Part shown: positions 57,617-64,000 of the stretch, in pieces
Numbering within the stretch: position 1 is the first letter of the stretch
Layout: each line of letters opens with the position of its first letter
Translations under genes and position numbers: made by a program
Source of the DNA: Eledone cirrhosa
Taxonomy: Eukaryota
Assembly (NCBI GenBank): GCA_964016885.1
Contig: OZ024743.1
Location: 34,658,001-34,722,000, forward strand
Length of the DNA stretch: 64,000 nt
Reading direction: 5' to 3'
The notes under the pieces: model-generated
The model's database searches: none
Seen by the model: the letters and a program-made list of their open reading frames with translations, nothing else
Told to the model about the DNA's origin: nothing

Positions 57617-60070
57617 TCAACCACCAGCAATACCACCACCACCACCTCCACTACAACTACCACCACCAACAACAACAACCACAACGCCACTACCACCACC
57701 ACCACCACCACCACCACCAACCTCCACCACCACCACAACCACCACCTCCTCCACCACCACCTCAACCTCTTCCTCCACTACTTTCATCACCACCACCACC
57801 AACACCACCACCTCAACCTCCTCCTCCTCCACCACTATCATCACCACCACCACCAACACCACCACCTACACCACCACCATCACTACCACCTCCATCAACA
57901 CCACCACCACTACCACCAACAACAACAACTACAACCACAACTACCACCACAATTACCACCAACAACAACACCAACCACCACCAACCAACACTATCTTCAC
58001 CTTCTCGTCGTCCCATTCCCTCAACATCACCATCACTAACCATCACCAACCAGCATCACCATCACCACCGACATCACCATCACTAGTTATCACCACCATC
58101 ACTAACTATCACCACCATCACTAACCATCACCAACCAACACCACCATCACTAACCATCACCAACCAACACCATCACTAACCATCACTAACCAACACCAAC
58201 CAACACCACCATCACTAACCATCACCAACCAACACCACCATCACTAACCATCACCAACCAACACCACCATCACCAACCAACACCAACCAACACCACCATC
58301 ACTAACCATCACTAACCAACACCAACCAACACCACCATCACCAACCAACACCAACCAACCAACACCATCACTAACCATCACTAACCATCACCAACCAGCA
58401 TCACCATCACCACCGACACCACCATCACTAGTTATCACCACCATCACTAACTATCACCACCATCACTAACCAACACCAACCAACACCATCATCACTAACC
58501 ATCACCAACCAACACCACCATCACTAACCATCACCAACACCATCACTAACCATCACCAACCAACACCATCACTAACCATCACTAACCAACACGAAGCAAC
58601 ACCACTATCACTAACCATCACCAACCAACACCACTATCACTAACCATCACCAACCAATACCACCATCACTAACCATCACCAACCATCACCATCACTAACC
58701 ACCACTAACCATCACCAACCAACACCATCACTAACCATCACCAACCATCACCAACCAACACCACCATCACTAACCATCACCAACCAACACCATCACTAAC
58801 CATCACTAACCAACACCAACCAACACTAACCATCACTAACCATCACCAACCAACACCATCACTAGCCATCACTAACCAACACCAACCAACACCACCATCA
58901 CTAACCATCACCAACCAACACCATCACTAACCAACACCAACCAACACCACCATCACTAACCAACACCAACTAACACCACCATCACTAACCATCACCAACC
59001 AACACCACCATCACTAACCATCACCAACCAACACCAACCAACACCACCATCACTAACCATCACCAACCAACACCAACCAACACCACCATCACCAACCAGC
59101 ATCACCACCGACACCACCATCACTAGTTATCACCACCATCACTAACTATCACCACCATCACTAACCATCACCAACCAACACCACCATCACTAACCATCAC
59201 CAACCAACACCACCATCACTAACCATCACCAACCAACACCATCACTAACCATCACTAACCAACACCAACCAACACCATCATCACTAACCATCACCAACCA
59301 ACACCACCATCACTAACCATCACCAACCAACACCATCACTAACCATCACCAACCAACACCATCACTAACCATCACTAACCAACACGAAGCAACACCACCA
59401 TCACTAACCATCACCAACCAACACCACTATCACTAACCATCACCAACCAACACCACCATCACTAACCATCACCAACCATCACCATCACTAACCATCACTA
59501 ACCATCACCAACCAACACCATCACTAACCATCACCAACCATCACCAACCAACACCACCATCACTAACCATCACCAACCAACACCATCACTAACCATCACT
59601 AACCAACACCAACCAACACCACCATCACTAACCATCACCAACCAACACCACCATCACTAACCATCACCAACCAACACCATCACTAACCATCACCAACCAA
59701 CACCATCACTAACCATCACCAACCAACACCATCACTAACCATCACTAACCAACACGAAGCAACACCACCATCACTAACCATCACCAACCAACACCACCAT
59801 CACTAACCATCACTAACCAACACCAACCAACACCACCATCACTAACCATCATCAACCAACACCACCATCACTAACCATCACCAACCAACACCATCACTAA
59901 CCATCACCAACCAATACCACCATCACTAACCATCACCAACCAACACCATCACTAACCATCACCAATCAACACCACCATCACTAACCATCACCAACCAACA
60001 CCATCACTAACCATCACCAATCAACACCACCATCACTAACCATCACTAACCATCACCAATCAACACCAAA
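57510..60070. repeat. (CCA)n tract followed by a catcactaac/catcaccaac/caacac satellite with higher-order duplications
   Basis: Marker cactagttatcacc at ~58081, 58426 and 59121; marker aacacgaagc at ~58587, 59381 and 59751. Confidence 0.9.
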
Positions 60071-60170
60071 TAACATAATCATTACCATTTCCATTTCTTC
60101 TTTTACACAACTTTCTCCTTTGCACTAAGTGACATTTCTTTTACAAAAAAAAATATATTAATGATAATAA

Positions 60171-60322
60171 TAATTGTTTCTACTTTTGGCACAAGGCCAG
60201 CAATCAACCAGTAGATTACTGGTACTTTATTTTATTGACCCCGTAAGGATGAAAGGCAAAGTTAACCTCGGCGGGATTTGAACTCAGATCGTAAAGGGAC
60301 GTAACTCTTTGCTGCAAAGCAT
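60171..60322 (-). mobile_element. S1 SINE
   Basis: Reverse complement of S1. Confidence 0.85.
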
Positions 60323-60327
60323 AATGA

Positions 60328-62915
60328 TTTCATTTATTAGCCACAAGGGCCGACATGTAGGGGACAATACAAAGACGGGGACAGTGGGGTTTACAATAAG
60401 GTCAAGTAAAAATGCACAATGGCAAGACTTAACAATGAAGATATAAAAATATAAAATAAACTATGCATAAATATAACAAAATAAATTCCCCTATAGGGGG
60501 TGGACGACCCAGGGGTGACTCAGGTACTCCACCAATCCTGAACCACCCTGTGCTTCTAGGGTACCCATGGAGAGCACCCCTCTCTTCAAGTTAGCTAGCC
60601 TATAGGTGCATGGTCAGAGTAGGCCCATTCACACGAGCCATTCTCGCCACATTCATCCACCTTTTAGCAAATGTACTAGGGGGCAGCACTTCTCTCTCCA
60701 CCCTCACCTTCCTTTCCAGGTGAAACTTGAAGAAATTAATGAGGGATTGGCCGAAGAGAAAAGTGTCTGTCTTCAGTCCTTTCAATCTGGTCCACCATAT
60801 AACCTCTTTCACAACGGCCACCAGACAGAGGAAAATTTCCTGCTCTTCCTGACCTAAGGAAGGCGGCGGGTCGATCTTCACTATGGACTCGACCGATAGC
60901 CGGATCCGTTCCACACGCGACAGTAGCTGTTCGACATAACTCCACAAGTCAGTAATGCACGGACATTGGACAAGTGCGTGCAGAACGGTTTCGTCGCTCT
61001 GTGCGCATCTTGGGCAAGTCCATCTGACAGCACTTCCGTGCCTGTAGAGTTTATCCCGAACCGCCAGTGCCCCCCCCCCCCCTCCCTGTAGCACTGGGAT
61101 TTCTGGAAATTATCTATCGTCCCCAGCTCGAAAGTCCTCCGGTACAGGCTGGTCAGTTCGCTTCATCGAGGCCCAAAGCTTCTCCGAGTGCGTCATCGTG
61201 TGCCCACCACTAATCCTCTATAGAACTCGAGAGTGGAAGTTCCACTGATCACATTGCCCGCTTGGTAGAGGGCAGTGAGTGCCAGTCACCCAGTCTCGGT
61301 CTCTTCTTGACCCAGGACTGAAGCTCAGTCAAAGAAACGAGCTGCAGAAAGGCCCATCTGATAAACGGCGACCACACCTGTTCACCGTTTAGGCAGAATA
61401 TCTGGAGATGTCGCAGCCTCACCGCATGTCTGCGCATCATTAGCCACGGCATGCCCATCCCTCCGCATAGAGGGTGCTGGCAGCAGATGGACCTCACCAA
61501 CGGAACTTGTGCTTTCCACAAGAATTTGAAGAGGAGCCGTTACAACTTGACGAGGCGCGGACGGGGGAAAGGCACGATGGTCAGGCAGTAGTAGATGACG
61601 GATGCGATGTACGCATTCGCCACCTCCGCGCGACCTTTCAGTGATAGCTTCCTCCCAGCCCATTTTTGGGTGAGACTGGCTACTCTGCTCGTTACCTCGT
61701 CCCAATTCTTTTCCACCTGGAGGTCTGGTCCGAACCAAACCCCGAGCAACTTCAGCGGTCCGTCCGTCCAGCGCCCCACGACGCTGTTGGACGGCATAGG
61801 CTTGCCTCTCCAGGTTCCGAGCTGCAAGCCCACCGACTTTTTCGGGTTAAGTTTGGCTCCTGTCAACCTTTCATATTCCTTCAATAAGGTGCCGACCACC
61901 TTGATTTCTGAGGTGTCCGACACCATCACGGTGATGTCGTCCGCATAAGCCGACACCGCCTTTCCACGTCCCGGTTCGAGTGGAATGCCCTGCAACAGCT
62001 CCAGGTTCCGCAGTAAAGGCTCGAGAGTCAATACGTACAGAAGCGAAGAGAGAGGGCACCCTTGACGGACCGATCGGGAGAGCCGAAATGGTTCCGAGAG
62101 GTGGCCATTAACCTTGACCACCGAGCGTGTGCCGCTGTGCATTGCAGCGATCCAGCTTCTGAAGACAGAGCCGAAGCCAGCTGCTTTGAGGACAAACTCC
62201 AGATACCGATGGTTGACCCTATTGAATGCTTTCGATTAATCTAAATTGATCAGTGCCCCACCGAAGCCAGGTTTACACCCTACCCTCTCTATGATGTATC
62301 GCATGAGGTGGAGATTGTCGTGTATGGATCTGGCTGGGATTGCACAAGTTTGCGCCTCCTCAACCAAATCCTCGACGACAAGCGCCAATCTCTTTGCTAA
62401 CACCTTGGCCAAAATCTTAAACTCTGTGTTGAGCAGAGTTATGGGCCTGAAGTTGTCTAATGTATCCCTCTTGTTCTCGTCTTTCCTTATCAGCGTCACC
62501 ACTCCCCTGCTCATAGAATTGGGAATACTCCCATTCTGCTGCCAGTTGCCGTAGAGTGCTTCGAGATCGGAGAACAAGTCTGGCATATTTACGTAAAGCT
62601 CATAGGGCAGGCCATCCAAACCGGGTGACTTGCGCCTTATGCAGCCGACAAGGGCGTCCTGAATTTCGGCTGAAGTAATCGGCCTTTCGCAGCGCTCAGC
62701 GTCGACCGTCGAGATGCGCGGCAAGCCGTCAAGGTAGGGACTAAAATCCGCTACTCTCTCTGACTCGCCACTCTCCCCGAACAACCGAGCAAAGTGCTGG
62801 CGAAAGGCCTCACACATCCACTTGGAATCGCTTATCTCGTGCCCGTCTCGATCCGCCAAAGACCGAATTGTGGTTTTATTACCACGCTGCGCCTCCGCCA
62901 CGCGGGCCCACCACA
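60328..62915 (-). mobile_element. 5'-truncated, frameshifted L1-clade (Tx1-like) LINE: RT, zinc knuckle and 3' UTR
   Basis: KSPGLDGLPYELY, NFRPITLLNTEFKILAK, SVRQGCPLS, AYADDIT, CPRC...ETVLHALVQC, split over 4 ORFs. Confidence 0.92.
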
Positions 62916-63079
62916 AAGGGTTTACACGAAGAACATATTGAGGAATATAAAACAAAACACTGCATTGAACATGTGTGTGAGTGTGTGGGTTTTACATGTA
63001 AACAGGTTTAATGAAAATAAAAGGGAGGTAACAATAGAAGTTATAACTATTCCTCATATGAAGGAGACTTCCGATGGCT

Positions 63080-63417
63080 AAGGGCAAAGACCCCTTTGTT
63101 CACAAATGACCATGGGATTTGAACCTAGAAAGTTTCCTTCCGAGGCACAAGTCCGGGAAAGGCTTGTTTTTGTGGAAAACCAGCAGTCGCCCATGCATAC
63201 CAGCCTCCCCTCTCCACGCCACTGATGATGTCTGATGATGGCTGCTACAACTTGACACCAGTGACGTCGCAGCTCATTTCTACAGCTGAGTAAACTGGAG
63301 CAACATGAAATAAAGTGTCTTGCTCAAGGACACACAATGCATCACTAGGTCCGAGAATCGAACTCACAACCTTCCGATTGCAAGCCCTATGCTCTAACCA
63401 CTAAGCCATGCGCCTCG
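63080..63417 (-). mobile_element. tRNA-derived SINE
   Basis: Minus-strand head gaggcgcatggcttagtggttagagc...gagttcgattctc. Confidence 0.75.
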
Positions 63418-63499
63418 TGGAAAAAAAAACATGAAAAACCACGGTTACCCTGAACGCCATAGCAAGTACCTTCTCTCTGTTCTTCAGCTCCGATTTACA

Positions 63500-63800
63500 G
63501 GAGTATATAAGTGAGGAAGGCACAGTCACTCGGACCGTGCTCGCCACTCTTATCCACCTTTCAATAACATGACTGGAAGTCAATACTCCCATCTCCACTC
63601 TGATTCTCCTTTTCAAATGAAACTTGAAAATGTTAATGAGGTATTAGTAAAAGAGGAAAGTGTTTGTCTTCAGCCCCTTCAGTTGCGTCCACCATAAAAT
63701 CTTTTTCACCACGGGCATCATCTTACTGGCTAAAGGAGGGCGGCTGGGCGATTTTCACGATGGACTCCGCTGATAGCCGGGTCCGTCACATATATGATAG
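63500..63800 (-). pseudogene. Second Tx1-like ORF2 C-terminal fragment
   Basis: RLSAESIVKIAQPPSF and KRRIRVEMGVL..IERW match 60600-61094. Confidence 0.8.
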
Positions 63801-64000
63801 CAGCCTAGTTACTATACGTATGGATTTATTATTGGTGTTGAAAGCAATAGCATTTTGTTTTGTATCCTGAAGTCGTTTAGTGCCATCAAAATGATGTAAC
63901 AGCTGTAATAGAAGGGTTGAGATCGAAGGTTTGGGCTCAAACATCTAAGATCAGAAAATAATAACAAAAATAAACAGATATAGACAAAAGTTTATATTCA

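Noticed and set aside
63222-63245. ctgatga motifs
   Set aside because: No downstream GAAA or stems; inside a SINE.

Overview
Eukaryotic, AT-rich, gene-poor DNA. The SINE and microsatellite landscape suggests an octopus or other coleoid cephalopod genome (inference). I see no intact host protein gene; nearly all long ORFs in the track are translations of simple repeats. Contents: large micro/minisatellites (including a 31-bp array of about 80 units), about 15 copies of a young ~190-bp SINE plus older SINEs, non-autonomous hAT, piggyBac, Tc1/mariner and Helitron elements, and retroelement remnants (L1/Tx1, R4/Dong-like, CRE-like, and a Penelope-like GIY-YIG element). The main signal is a set of unrelated, small, non-coding elements inserted in (TA)n tracts. 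Five of these families, plus the Penelope-like 3' UTR, carry type I hammerhead ribozyme (HHR) motifs that fold by hand (one only as a truncated 3' half). Most of these insertions are head-to-head palindromes with both 3' ends joined to (TA)n. Two are tandem multimers of 422-424-bp or 513-514-bp units. In three cases an arm begins within 1-4 nt of the predicted ribozyme cleavage site. This looks like a retrozyme-like family system mobilised by a (TA)n-targeting Penelope-like element. All folding and alignment was done by eye; coordinates may be off by a few bases.
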